This document shows, one piece after another, positions 1 through 9,670 of a stretch of 48,801 nucleotides of DNA. Under the pieces are notes generated by a model. That model saw nothing but the letters and a program-made list of their open reading frames with translations, was not told the DNA's origin and searched no databases. Within the stretch, counting starts at the first letter, position 1. Every line of letters starts with the position of its first letter. The DNA lies in assembly GCA_019058365.1 (NCBI GenBank), contig JAHPZE010000031.1, forward strand, positions 1 through 48,801, in the 5' to 3' direction. This stretch comes from Promethearchaeota archaeon. Its GTDB lineage: Archaea; Asgardarchaeota; Lokiarchaeia; Sigyniarchaeales; SOKP01. The position numbers and the translations under genes were made by a program.

Positions 1-193
1 TGGAACAAACTATAGTTCAAAGGGTTTTAGAGTTTAAAATCCTTTGCTACTGTTTCTATATTTTATTTCAAAGTATATAAATTTCAAATAGAAAATGGTT
101 GAATTTAATAAAACTAAAAATAACTTTTATATTTATGAAAAACTAATCTTATTTTAAGCAGTTATAGCTAGTTTTTTTCAAAGAGATAATCAA

Positions 194-748
194 ATGTCCG
201 ATTCAGAGTCAAAATTCAAATTCAAAATAACTCTAGTTGGAAATGGGTTTGTAGGAAAAACAACCCTGATTAAAAAATTTACACAAGGAGATTTTGTTGA
301 GGATTATATCAAAACGATTGGAGCTCAATTCACAATTTATGATAAAGAAATTGACGGAGATAAAATTAGATTGATGTTCTGGGATATAGCTGGTCAAGAT
401 GATTTCAATTTTGCGCGTCCCTCTTTTTTTAAAAATAGTAATGCTGCTATAATTGTGTATAGTCTCGAAGAAAATAACGTTGGTGATGAGAGCTTCAACC
501 ACATTTCATATTGGCATGAAGATATCAAACAATTCTGTGGAGATATCCCTATAGTTGTTTTTGCTAATAAAGTTGATTTAGTGGATGAATATAAACTTGA
601 TAAATCTAAAATTCAAGAAATAGTGAGTAAACGAAATTTCCTAGGGTATTCGATAATATCTGCTAAAACGGGTCATGGAGTTATTGATGCATTTAATGCC
701 ATTATTGATGAAATATATCATAAACATAAGGTAGTATCTGCAGATTAA
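194..748 (+). CDS. Rab-like small GTPase (Ras superfamily)
   Basis: G1 GNGFVGKT, G2 TIGAQF, G3 WDIAGQ, G4 NKVD, G5 SAK; no C-terminal Cys. Confidence 0.95.
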   Translation: MSDSESKFKFKITLVGNGFVGKTTLIKKFTQGDFVEDYIKTIGAQFTIYDKEIDGDKIRLMFWDIAGQDDFNFARPSFFKNSNAAIIVYSLEENNVGDESFNHISYWHEDIKQFCGDIPIVVFANKVDLVDEYKLDKSKIQEIVSKRNFLGYSIISAKTGHGVIDAFNAIIDEIYHKHKVVSAD

Positions 749-876
749 TAGGAACAAGTTAAACCTTCTTTTAAGGTGTTAAAAAATATTGAGTTAGTTC
801 AATTAGGCGTTTAATTTATAATCAACTCTCAATTATGTATATTGTTTAACTTTAAATATAAAGTGTTTATTAAGAG

Positions 877-2415
877 ATGATTAAAATTCGCACATATGAA
901 CAATATATTGAAGATTTAAAAAAGATGAAGCCTAATATCTGGATTGGAGATGAAAGAGTGGACAGAAGCGATCCACGCCTTCACGGCGGTATGCACATTA
1001 TGAAAGAAACCTTTGACCATGTTCATGAGCCCGAATGGGAAGATCTCTGTACAGCAACAAGCCATCTTACCGGTAAGAAAGTTAATCGATTTACTCATAT
1101 TCATCAAAGCAAGGATGATTTACTCAAAAAACAGTTAATGACAAGACTTCTGTGTCATCGTGTGGGTGGCTGTATTCAACGTTGTATGGGTATCGATTCA
1201 CTTAATGCGCTTTCAGTAATAACCTATGAAATGGACCAAGCCTTAGGAACAAATTATTATGAAAGATTTAAGAATTATATGATAAAATTTCAGGAGAATG
1301 ATTGGGTAGCAAGTTGTGCACAAACTGATGCAAAAGGAGATCGTTTAAAGAGACCTTATGAACAGGAGGATCCCGATCAATATCTGAGAGTAATTGAAAC
1401 CAGAGATGATGGTATTGTTGTTAGGGGTTGTAAAGTTAATATTACAAATACAGCATATGCTGATGAGATGATTGCTGTTCCAGTTCGTTATATGGGACCT
1501 GAAGATAAAGATTATGCTGTAGCTTTTGCATTACCAACTGATTGGGATGGTGTAAAATTACTTTGTCGACCTGCTAATTTTAGAAAGAGTAAAGTTTATG
1601 ACGCACCAGGATTAGAAGTGGGAGATGTTGAAACATTCATCGTTTTTGACGATGTTTTTGTACCAAATGAGCGAGTATTCTTAAATGGGCATGCAGATCC
1701 TAGACAAACTCCCTATGCTGGTTTTTTAGCACTGATGTTTGCTCATTATCACAGACATAGCTATACAGGTTGTAAACCAGCAGTATCAGAAGTGATTGCG
1801 AGTGCTGCTGCATTAGTAGCAGAGTATAATGGGATTGATAAGACTTCTCATGCAAGAGATAAATTGTCCCATATAATAGGTACTGCTGAACTCGTGTTCG
1901 CTGCTGGAGAATCAAGCGCAAAACATTCAGAAAGGGCACCTTCCGGTACTCAAGTACCTGATGAGATACTTACAAATGCAGGGAGAAGACTGGCAGGAGA
2001 GATGATTTATGAGGAATATAAAATATTAGCAGATCTTTCTGGAGGAATAATTGCCACTTTACCATATGAAGAGACTTTTTATAATGAAGAGGTTGGTGAG
2101 TTGGCAATGAAATATTTAAAACGCAATCCTCGAGTTAAGCCAGAAAACATGCTTAGATGTTTTAAGGGGATAGAGAATTTAGCAGTTTCTGATTTAGCAG
2201 GAGTGATGCAAGTAGCAGGATTACATGGAGGGGGATCGCCGCAGATGGAAACTATTACGATGATGATGCGCTATGATTTAGAAAAATTGAAAGACATAGC
2301 AAAATATCTGTTTGGTATTAAGTCGAAACTAAAAAGATATGAAAGACCAACAGTGACCCCTAGAAAAATGCTTGAAAAATTTAGAATGGCAATACAAAGG
2401 AAAAAGAACGAATAA
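877..2415 (+). CDS. abfD: 4-hydroxybutyryl-CoA dehydratase (AbfD/HpaB family, FAD and [4Fe-4S])
   Basis: CIQRCMGID and HRHSYTGCK cluster-ligand motifs, QTDAKGDR, HGGGSP. Confidence 0.88.
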   Translation: MIKIRTYEQYIEDLKKMKPNIWIGDERVDRSDPRLHGGMHIMKETFDHVHEPEWEDLCTATSHLTGKKVNRFTHIHQSKDDLLKKQLMTRLLCHRVGGCIQRCMGIDSLNALSVITYEMDQALGTNYYERFKNYMIKFQENDWVASCAQTDAKGDRLKRPYEQEDPDQYLRVIETRDDGIVVRGCKVNITNTAYADEMIAVPVRYMGPEDKDYAVAFALPTDWDGVKLLCRPANFRKSKVYDAPGLEVGDVETFIVFDDVFVPNERVFLNGHADPRQTPYAGFLALMFAHYHRHSYTGCKPAVSEVIASAAALVAEYNGIDKTSHARDKLSHIIGTAELVFAAGESSAKHSERAPSGTQVPDEILTNAGRRLAGEMIYEEYKILADLSGGIIATLPYEETFYNEEVGELAMKYLKRNPRVKPENMLRCFKGIENLAVSDLAGVMQVAGLHGGGSPQMETITMMMRYDLEKLKDIAKYLFGIKSKLKRYERPTVTPRKMLEKFRMAIQRKKNE

Positions 2416-2451
2416 TAATATTTTCTAATTTTTTATTTTATCTTTTTTTTC

Positions 2452-3417
2452 TCACATTACACATAAAACAAATAATTCTGTTTCTGAAAGTGATTTAATA
2501 TTAATTTCTGGTTGTTTAGTTATGAATTTAGTGATTGGTATACCATGATCAAAAATTTCATTAAATTTATCATAGAATATTTGGTAAATATTTTTATTCC
2601 GGGAGATATAAGTTCCGATTAGGATGTTTGTCGGATCAAAACTAGGTTGAATAAGCTCCGAATCCGAAAGAGCAAAATTGCTAAATGCTTCATCTGTAAC
2701 ATGAATCTCTATTTTATTAAACTGTATATTATATGGTTCTACATGATTAGTGAAAAGTTTAAATTCTTTACTTATTAGAAGATCTTTGGCGACTTCTGAA
2801 TTAAAGATAACTTGAACATGTAAATTTGTTAGATTGTCTTTAATTCTATTCATTCCAGCACTCATAGAAGTTTTTATATCATCAGGTATATTTTTAAAAC
2901 GTTCTTCATGGATCATTTTATTTAATGGATTATCATATCTAATCCCTATAGCAATTTTACATTCGCTTTGAGCTAAGAAATGATGATATGATTCATCAAA
3001 ATTTTTAATACTGTAGTTAATAAATTCAACGGGTTCTTGGACTACCTGCTCTTCCAGTTTGTATTTTCTAATAAATTCCTCAATAGCAGATTCACAGTTA
3101 TCTCTTTTTTCATTGAATTCATTTCTGAGGTCTTCAATTCTTTTTTGGATTATATTTTGCCACAGATTTAGTACTGGAGTTGGTGCTAAGTGTATTTTCA
3201 TAGGTCTATCAAAAATTTGAACAAGACCTAGATCACTTAAGACAGAGCAAACTTTATAGCCTCTTTTTAATGAGAGACCAAAGTGATCACATACGTCTTT
3301 CAAATTATCTATTCTTTTGTTTAATAGGAGATAATGATAAATCCTTTCAATACCTTTTTCTATAATGCCAATTGCATCAAACAGTTGATTGAGAGGTAAA
3401 AATTCAGTATCTTCCAT
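2452..3417 (-). CDS. TrmB-like transcriptional regulator (N-terminal winged HTH, C-terminal effector domain)
   Basis: N-terminal ERIYHYLL...FGLSLKRGYKVCSVLSDLGLV...P pattern resembles the TrmB HTH; followed by a coiled coil and an alpha/beta domain; SD AGGTG upstream. Confidence 0.65.
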   Translation of the reverse strand: MEDTEFLPLNQLFDAIGIIEKGIERIYHYLLLNKRIDNLKDVCDHFGLSLKRGYKVCSVLSDLGLVQIFDRPMKIHLAPTPVLNLWQNIIQKRIEDLRNEFNEKRDNCESAIEEFIRKYKLEEQVVQEPVEFINYSIKNFDESYHHFLAQSECKIAIGIRYDNPLNKMIHEERFKNIPDDIKTSMSAGMNRIKDNLTNLHVQVIFNSEVAKDLLISKEFKLFTNHVEPYNIQFNKIEIHVTDEAFSNFALSDSELIQPSFDPTNILIGTYISRNKNIYQIFYDKFNEIFDHGIPITKFITKQPEINIKSLSETELFVLCVM

Positions 3418-3421
3418 TACA

Positions 3422-3952
3422 TCACCTATTACCAGTTCGGTTTAATGTGAGTTCAGTAAGAACTTTAAACGCATCATCTACATTGGTATTATCTTTAGCT
3501 GACATTTCTGCAAAGCTAGCCATATCATTCTTTTCAGCAATTTGTATGCCATATTCTCTTTGAACTTGACGATGGGTTTCTTCAAGATCTAATTTTGAAC
3601 CAACAAGCATAATTGGGATAGATCCACCTTTTTGTCTAACAATAGTAATCCATTCTGAAATGTTATCTAATGTAGAAGGTCTAGTTATATCGTATAGTAA
3701 AAATGCAGCGTTTGCTCCTAAACAATATGTTGGCAAGAGAAATCTAAATCTTTCTTCACCTCCAACATCCCATAATTGTAATTTTATTCGCTTATTATTT
3801 AATTCGATCGTTTTCACGTGAAAATCTACGCCAATAGTTAATCTTTCACTGGGATTGAAAACGTTATAACAATAACGTTTTGTGAAAGAAGTCTTGCCAA
3901 CAGATGCATCTCCTAAAAGGAGAATCTTGAAAGTATAGTCATAGGATGCCAT
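3422..3952 (-). CDS. Rab-like small GTPase
   Basis: YDYTFK, GDASVGKT, TIGVDF, KLQLWDVGGEERFR, LLYDIT, SKLD, SAK. Confidence 0.95.
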   Translation of the reverse strand: MASYDYTFKILLLGDASVGKTSFTKRYCYNVFNPSERLTIGVDFHVKTIELNNKRIKLQLWDVGGEERFRFLLPTYCLGANAAFLLYDITRPSTLDNISEWITIVRQKGGSIPIMLVGSKLDLEETHRQVQREYGIQIAEKNDMASFAEMSAKDNTNVDDAFKVLTELTLNRTGNR

Positions 3953-4301
3953 GTTTTAATGTAAACCTCTTTTTGGGTATTTTTTTAACGCAAATCTCTT
4001 CTTAGGTAATTGATTCCGCATTGTCATTAAACCTTATAGTAATTAGGTAAATTAATCAATTTTAGTATTTATATTATTATACCTCTTACAATATTATTTA
4101 ATGAATTTCATTCTTTTTAAATTTAGGTTGATTTTTTATTGTTTTAGTATTTATAACAGACATTTACTGAAATACATATAAAAGGCGATTCTTTCTTTCC
4201 TACTTGTTAAAAGCAATTATTTTCGAAATGATTAAATTTAAAACTTTATGGGTTATTATTTATTAGGAGTTAACAATACCATACCCGATCGAAGAAATTA
4301 A

Positions 4302-5339
4302 ATGAAAGAAGAAGATATAATTTTAGGACTGTTTTATGCTAATGAAGATAATTTAGTATTTGACAGGATCAAGTTTTCTGAGAAATTTAATGATATGAAA
4401 ATTAACAACATAAAGATGCTTTCTTATAGATTTCTTGGTCCCGTCTTTTTAACAGCAGCTACAGGTCTAGGAAATAATTGGAAAATTGAATATATCGAAG
4501 CCTCACTTTCTTTGCGTGATGCGAATATTGAGGAAGTAGATGTTCTTCAATCATTTTTTACTCTCAATTCTTCAATTGAAACTCAAGAAGGGATTACAAA
4601 TCTCTTTGCATTGATTAGTACTCCATATACAGAAGATACTAAATTAATTTATGATGAACTTACAAAATATATTCATCCTAGTATTATTCAAGGTAAAATT
4701 GTAAATGAAGACCTATTAGGAGATCGATTTGATTTTAATAGATTCATAGACATTGAATTAGAACGAGGAATTAACTTCATTGAATATTCTCTAGGGGCTT
4801 CAAGGAAGTCATATTGGGAGGAAGAAGAGCAAAGATATTATTGTATTGGCTTAATTGAGAGAAAAATAGGTCAAGATCTAAGAATATCAAATCTCTACAC
4901 ATTTAATAAGGATGATCCCCAAAGAAAAGCATTTTTAGATTATATCCCATCTTATTATGTTATGGCAATTTTACCCGATTATTATGAACATCGGATAAGT
5001 GAAACTTTAGAAATTTATAACAAAAAAGGCGTTTATCCTAACATTAGAAGGATAAAATTAAACAATGGAGATAAGAAAGTAGTTTATTTAGAAGAATATA
5101 TTATAGAAAATAAGGTTTCAGATAGTTATGGTGTTATCCTTGTTCAACAGTCCGAAGAAACTGAAGAAAACAAAAAGCTCTCATATTATAAGAAAAACCT
5201 AAGACTTCTATTAGATGGAAATAGAGATATTAAAGATATTATTAATTTAATAAACCCCCATCTAAAGTTTGAACGATGGGGGGCAATTTCAAGTGAAGAT
5301 CTCGAAAAAATTGGATTAATTCTTGATAAACGTGATTAA
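4302..5339 (+). CDS. Hypothetical protein, possibly two tandem longin/uDENN-like domains
   Basis: 345-aa ORF; by-eye beta-beta-alpha-beta-beta-beta-alpha pattern appears twice; fold is inferred only. Confidence 0.6.
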   Translation: MKEEDIILGLFYANEDNLVFDRIKFSEKFNDMKINNIKMLSYRFLGPVFLTAATGLGNNWKIEYIEASLSLRDANIEEVDVLQSFFTLNSSIETQEGITNLFALISTPYTEDTKLIYDELTKYIHPSIIQGKIVNEDLLGDRFDFNRFIDIELERGINFIEYSLGASRKSYWEEEEQRYYCIGLIERKIGQDLRISNLYTFNKDDPQRKAFLDYIPSYYVMAILPDYYEHRISETLEIYNKKGVYPNIRRIKLNNGDKKVVYLEEYIIENKVSDSYGVILVQQSEETEENKKLSYYKKNLRLLLDGNRDIKDIINLINPHLKFERWGAISSEDLEKIGLILDKRD

Positions 5340-5366
5340 TTAAAATTAGAAGAGTAAAATTTCAAT

Positions 5367-6398
5367 ATGGAAGACGCAAGCATTGATGAAATTTATAAGA
5401 TTGAAAAGAATAATTTATTAAGATATTATGAAAGAATCCAAAATCAATTTAAAAATTTGGAACCAACTCAAATCATAGCAAAGTTTTTAGAGAATCAATC
5501 TATAGGAAGTAATTACTCAGACGTTTATGATACATTGCTTTACTTTAAAAATATGATAATAGAAGGAAAAGAACTTTTAGATTTAGCTTTTGAATGGATT
5601 AGAGCTCAGAAAATACGATTGGAATACAAGAAATACTTAATTAGAGCTCAATATACACATAACTATTTAAGTTTAGCAGTTGATGATTGTATTTTCCAAT
5701 TCTTTCTTGAATATGATAAATACATAAGAACGATACTTAAAAAAGATATTAAAGAGCATAATTTTAGTGCTCTATACGAGATTTTTTTCAGTCCTTATGA
5801 ATCTAAAAATCTTAATATTAAAGACATATTGGAAAGGCATATTGAGAATGTTCCTACTCATTTTGATGGAATGGAAAAAATTAATACAAACATAATAATA
5901 TTACGTTCTGGATTATCAAACATTATAGTCAAAGATTATGAGAACGTCCTGTTTGCGAGACGAGAGGAAAAAGTCAAGAAAGAGTTTAAATTCAAGAGAA
6001 AGACCACATTAGACTTTGAACCAGAAAGCACTTTTAAAGGATTATTAATAGAAAGAATGATTAAAACTTATTGTATCAGCAAGAAAGAAATTTCTGAGAA
6101 AGAAATTGAGAATTCCGTTTCTCAATTTTTAACCTCCTATTTCAAATTTGGAACACTTTATGACTTTGATGGGTTTAAAGATTTATTAGTACATAATTTA
6201 TCAGACGATATTTATTCGGGATTAACAGAAAAGCTTAAGCTTACTAACACTTTAGATAATATCAGATACCTTGTTTTAAATTTCATAACGGTTTTCAGTA
6301 AAGGGATTAAAGCGCGAAGACTAGATGGATTTGCTTGGAAAAAGGATTTAACTTCCTTATTGAAGACTTTTATTATTAAATTTATTAATAATTTATAA
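5367..6398 (+). CDS. Hypothetical protein, predominantly alpha-helical
   Basis: 343-aa ORF 27 bp downstream of the previous gene; no recognised motif. Confidence 0.7.
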   Translation: MEDASIDEIYKIEKNNLLRYYERIQNQFKNLEPTQIIAKFLENQSIGSNYSDVYDTLLYFKNMIIEGKELLDLAFEWIRAQKIRLEYKKYLIRAQYTHNYLSLAVDDCIFQFFLEYDKYIRTILKKDIKEHNFSALYEIFFSPYESKNLNIKDILERHIENVPTHFDGMEKINTNIIILRSGLSNIIVKDYENVLFARREEKVKKEFKFKRKTTLDFEPESTFKGLLIERMIKTYCISKKEISEKEIENSVSQFLTSYFKFGTLYDFDGFKDLLVHNLSDDIYSGLTEKLKLTNTLDNIRYLVLNFITVFSKGIKARRLDGFAWKKDLTSLLKTFIIKFINNL

Positions 6399-6429
6399 AA
6401 GAAAAAAAAGGATTAAAATAGAGTTTGTT

Positions 6430-7002
6430 TCATGCTTTTTTAAATAATTCTTTCATTTTATCCCTAATTACAGGATTTAATTCTTTTCCGACGTAACATT
6501 TTATTTCCTTATAAACAAGGGGATTTTTTAAAAGATGTTCATGCATATTCAAAAGTCTTATTACTGACCACCGAACAGAATCATCAGGATCATTTAATAA
6601 TGGTAGTATAAAATTTAGATAGCTTAAATCACCTGCTTCTGCAATTTTTAGTACAGTTCTAGCTCTGGTAATGAAATCAGGATGATATAATTGAGGTACT
6701 AAAACATATTTGAGAGTATTGTTTTTAACAAAATCTAAAATAAAATTGAATGTATCAACCTTACAATTATGTATTTCATGTGTTTCTTTGATAAATGAAT
6801 TAAGTACGGGTTCGATCTTCTTTCCAAGTTTTAAAAGACTTTCAAAAGATATAAAAAAGTTCTCTGATAAATCAGACGTATCTAATTTTAGATTATCGAT
6901 TAATATTTTAATAATTTTGTCGTCAACTTTCGAAATTTTTATAACATCCCAATTTATTTCGTCTTCTTCCTCCCAGATTTTATTATCCCTTAAATAACTC
7001 AC
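6430..7002 (-). CDS. HEAT-repeat protein
   Basis: LYHPDFITRARTV and LLNDPDDSVRWSVIRLL HEAT-like repeats. Confidence 0.75.
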   Translation of the reverse strand: MSYLRDNKIWEEEDEINWDVIKISKVDDKIIKILIDNLKLDTSDLSENFFISFESLLKLGKKIEPVLNSFIKETHEIHNCKVDTFNFILDFVKNNTLKYVLVPQLYHPDFITRARTVLKIAEAGDLSYLNFILPLLNDPDDSVRWSVIRLLNMHEHLLKNPLVYKEIKCYVGKELNPVIRDKMKELFKKA

Positions 7003-7284
7003 TAAATCATCTTTAGATTTTTATTATTTATTATTAAAAAAAAATAGGATTCCCCTTTTAATTGATTTATTATTAAAATACAAATAATAAAAGGATTATA
7101 ATAAATATATCTCGCAATTTAATAATAAATAAATAAAAAATTAATTCATTAATATATCCGACAATTATTAGAATTTTAAAGAGATATTGTTATTCAATAC
7201 TTAACAAATTTTAAAAAATCAAAAAAATCATGTAAAATTACATCCTATTATTCATATACAGTCTAAAGAATAATTAATTTACAA

Positions 7285-8142
7285 TTAAGACTTCAGTAAA
7301 TTAAATACATTATTGTATAAAATATCTTGTTTTATTTCTTTTGAGATCCTTGGTAAGGTAAGAATTTTAGCTATTTCAATGGCGAGAGTTGAAGTTGTAG
7401 GAGAATCGCTACCATATAGGATTTTTTTATGTCCAACTGTCTTAATCAAATTATAAATACCTAAAGAAGCAGATAATGAAGTTTCAAAAAAAACATTATC
7501 ATAATTCTTTAATGCAACACCAATTTCAATGGCATATTCCATACTATACGCAGCATGACCTACAATAAAACGTAATTCAGGAAATTTCTGTGCTACCTTT
7601 GCGATATCTTTAGGAGATATTCCTTTAAAGAGAGAAGTTTTTGGAAGGGAATGAATATACAATATGATATTCTTATCAAATTCTTGCATAAATGTTAACA
7701 ATTTTAGTATATCACGTGGAAAATTTATTAAATTAAACGCAGAATGTATTTTAACACCACAAAATCCTTTGTTAAAATGTTCTTCTAAAATTTTATAACT
7801 ATTCTCTTCTTCCTCAGATTTTAATACTGGATTAAACCAAAAAAATTTATAAATTCTTTCTGGAGCTTTTTTAGAGATATCTATGACATCTTGGTGAGAA
7901 AGTTGACTTTTTGGTTGCATATTCTTAAAATTTTCAAGAAGTTTGATCATCTTATCTTTTCCTTCTGAATCTGAAGCAATATCCTTCTGGCTTTTATGTA
8001 TTTTTGCCCTATTTATAGTAGTTAATATTGCTTTCTCGACATTATATTGGTCCATATAACTTATGATATCTTCATGAGGATCAAGGAAAATGCCGTATGT
8101 ATGAAGATGTGCATCAAAAATCTTAAAATCTTTTCTAGATAT
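7285..8142 (-). CDS. Amidohydrolase superfamily (amidohydro_2-like) protein; probable ATA/ATT start
   Basis: Frame is open upstream of ATG 8055 and encodes KIFDAHLH; also KIH, IH, GH and YGSDSP; no in-frame ATG/GTG/TTG before the upstream TAA; SD AGGTG. Confidence 0.85.
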   Translation of the reverse strand: MSRKDFKIFDAHLHTYGIFLDPHEDIISYMDQYNVEKAILTTINRAKIHKSQKDIASDSEGKDKMIKLLENFKNMQPKSQLSHQDVIDISKKAPERIYKFFWFNPVLKSEEEENSYKILEEHFNKGFCGVKIHSAFNLINFPRDILKLLTFMQEFDKNIILYIHSLPKTSLFKGISPKDIAKVAQKFPELRFIVGHAAYSMEYAIEIGVALKNYDNVFFETSLSASLGIYNLIKTVGHKKILYGSDSPTTSTLAIEIAKILTLPRISKEIKQDILYNNVFNLLKS

Positions 8143-8225
8143 TATAATACACCTATTAAATTATGAGATTTTTGAAAAAGAATTCTAAATATTAGATTGA
8201 TTTTCTTATAAAAAGAATAAAAAAC

Positions 8226-8495
8226 TTATAAATTTTTAATTTTTTCGAGTATTAATTCATGGTTTTTTTCCCAGTATCGATCTACTGCTTTCTTCACTGC
8301 TCTTTTAGCTACCTTTCTTACAACTGTTCTTTTCATAATTGCCCCGAGAACATTCATAATTTTTTCTACCATCAAGCTTTTAATTATTCCTTCTATTGAT
8401 TCGCTCTTCGCAGCTTTTTGAAGCCACTTATCAAAAATTTTTTCTACGTTAGCATTGATCTTCTGTCTTAATTCTGAAGGGACTTCTTCTTCCAT
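8226..8495 (-). CDS. Small basic helical hypothetical protein
   Basis: 89-aa ORF, co-oriented with neighbours, protein-like amphipathic composition. Confidence 0.7.
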   Translation of the reverse strand: MEEEVPSELRQKINANVEKIFDKWLQKAAKSESIEGIIKSLMVEKIMNVLGAIMKRTVVRKVAKRAVKKAVDRYWEKNHELILEKIKNL

Positions 8496-8594
8496 AAATA
8501 TTCACTTTAATAATTTTATATAACTGATAAAACTACAGTCATTTAAAATTATACAAATAACAAAAGTAGTTAAAAAAAACACAATTTTCCATTC

Positions 8595-9455
8595 TTATTT
8601 ATGTTTAATAAAGGTTCCATTTTGATATTCTTCGAAAGCTATACTCAATTCTTCATTCGTGTTCATCACAATTGGTCCACGCCACGCTACAGGTTCTTTT
8701 ATTGGTTTACCAGATATTAATAAAAAACGAACTCCATCTTCAAGTGTACTTATATTTACTGTATCTCCATCTCTGTAGATTACTAGGGTTTCTTTCCCGA
8801 CTAGTTCTTCTTTCTTATCATCGAAATATCCCTCTCCTTCAATTGTATAAGCGAAAACATTATATCCCTCATTTATCGGATGATTAAATTCCGTATGTGG
8901 AATTAGTGTAACATCTAGATATTCAGGATCAGTAATTATATCTTCCATGGGACCTTTAACTCCATTTAATTCACCTGAAACTATTTTAACTTTAACTTTA
9001 TTTTCATTCAATGAAACCTCTGGAATTTGAGAACTTTTAACATCTCGATACTTGGGATCCATCATTTTATGAGAGGCTGGTAGATTAGCCCAAAGTTGGA
9101 ATCCCCAAAGCAATGAATCATTTTTACCCTTTTTTGGCATTTCTTGATGTATGATACCAGATCCAGCCGTCATCCACTGAACATCCCCAGCTTCGATAAC
9201 TCCACCATTCCCTAAACTGTCACCGTGTTCTATTTTGCCATATAACATATATGTAATAGTTTCTATACCACGATGAGGATGCCAAGGAAATCCTGCTATA
9301 TAATCTCTAGGATCATCTGAATGAAAATCATCAAGGAGTAGAAATGGATCAAGCAACTCGTCAGCATAACCAAATGCGCGTTTTAATCGAACACCAGCAC
9401 CTTCTAAGGTTTGCCTACTTTTTAAAGTTACTTTAATTTTTCTAATTTTGTCCAT
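8595..9455 (-). CDS. Pirin family protein
   Basis: DPFLLLD, GFPWHPHRGIETITY, MTAGSGIIHQE, QLWANLP, GPIVMN; start taken at MDKIRK (track gives 9518). Confidence 0.95.
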   Translation of the reverse strand: MDKIRKIKVTLKSRQTLEGAGVRLKRAFGYADELLDPFLLLDDFHSDDPRDYIAGFPWHPHRGIETITYMLYGKIEHGDSLGNGGVIEAGDVQWMTAGSGIIHQEMPKKGKNDSLLWGFQLWANLPASHKMMDPKYRDVKSSQIPEVSLNENKVKVKIVSGELNGVKGPMEDIITDPEYLDVTLIPHTEFNHPINEGYNVFAYTIEGEGYFDDKKEELVGKETLVIYRDGDTVNISTLEDGVRFLLISGKPIKEPVAWRGPIVMNTNEELSIAFEEYQNGTFIKHK

Positions 9456-9670
9456 AGTTTTTTCAACTCTAATAATAAAATATATCTTTCCCTTATAAAA
9501 ATTAAAGGATTTGCTCATACAATAAATAATTCGTAACTCATTCTTTAATCAAAAAAAAGTTATCGTTGAAACTTGTATATTATCCCTTATTTTCTTTTAA
9601 ATATTCAAAAATAGATCTATCTGAGTAGAATAAAGATTTTGGAATAGGCAGTATTAAATATAATAATCAA

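Noticed and set aside
1-40. Possible 3' end of an upstream gene (GTNYSSKGFRV-stop)
   Set aside because: Too short to support
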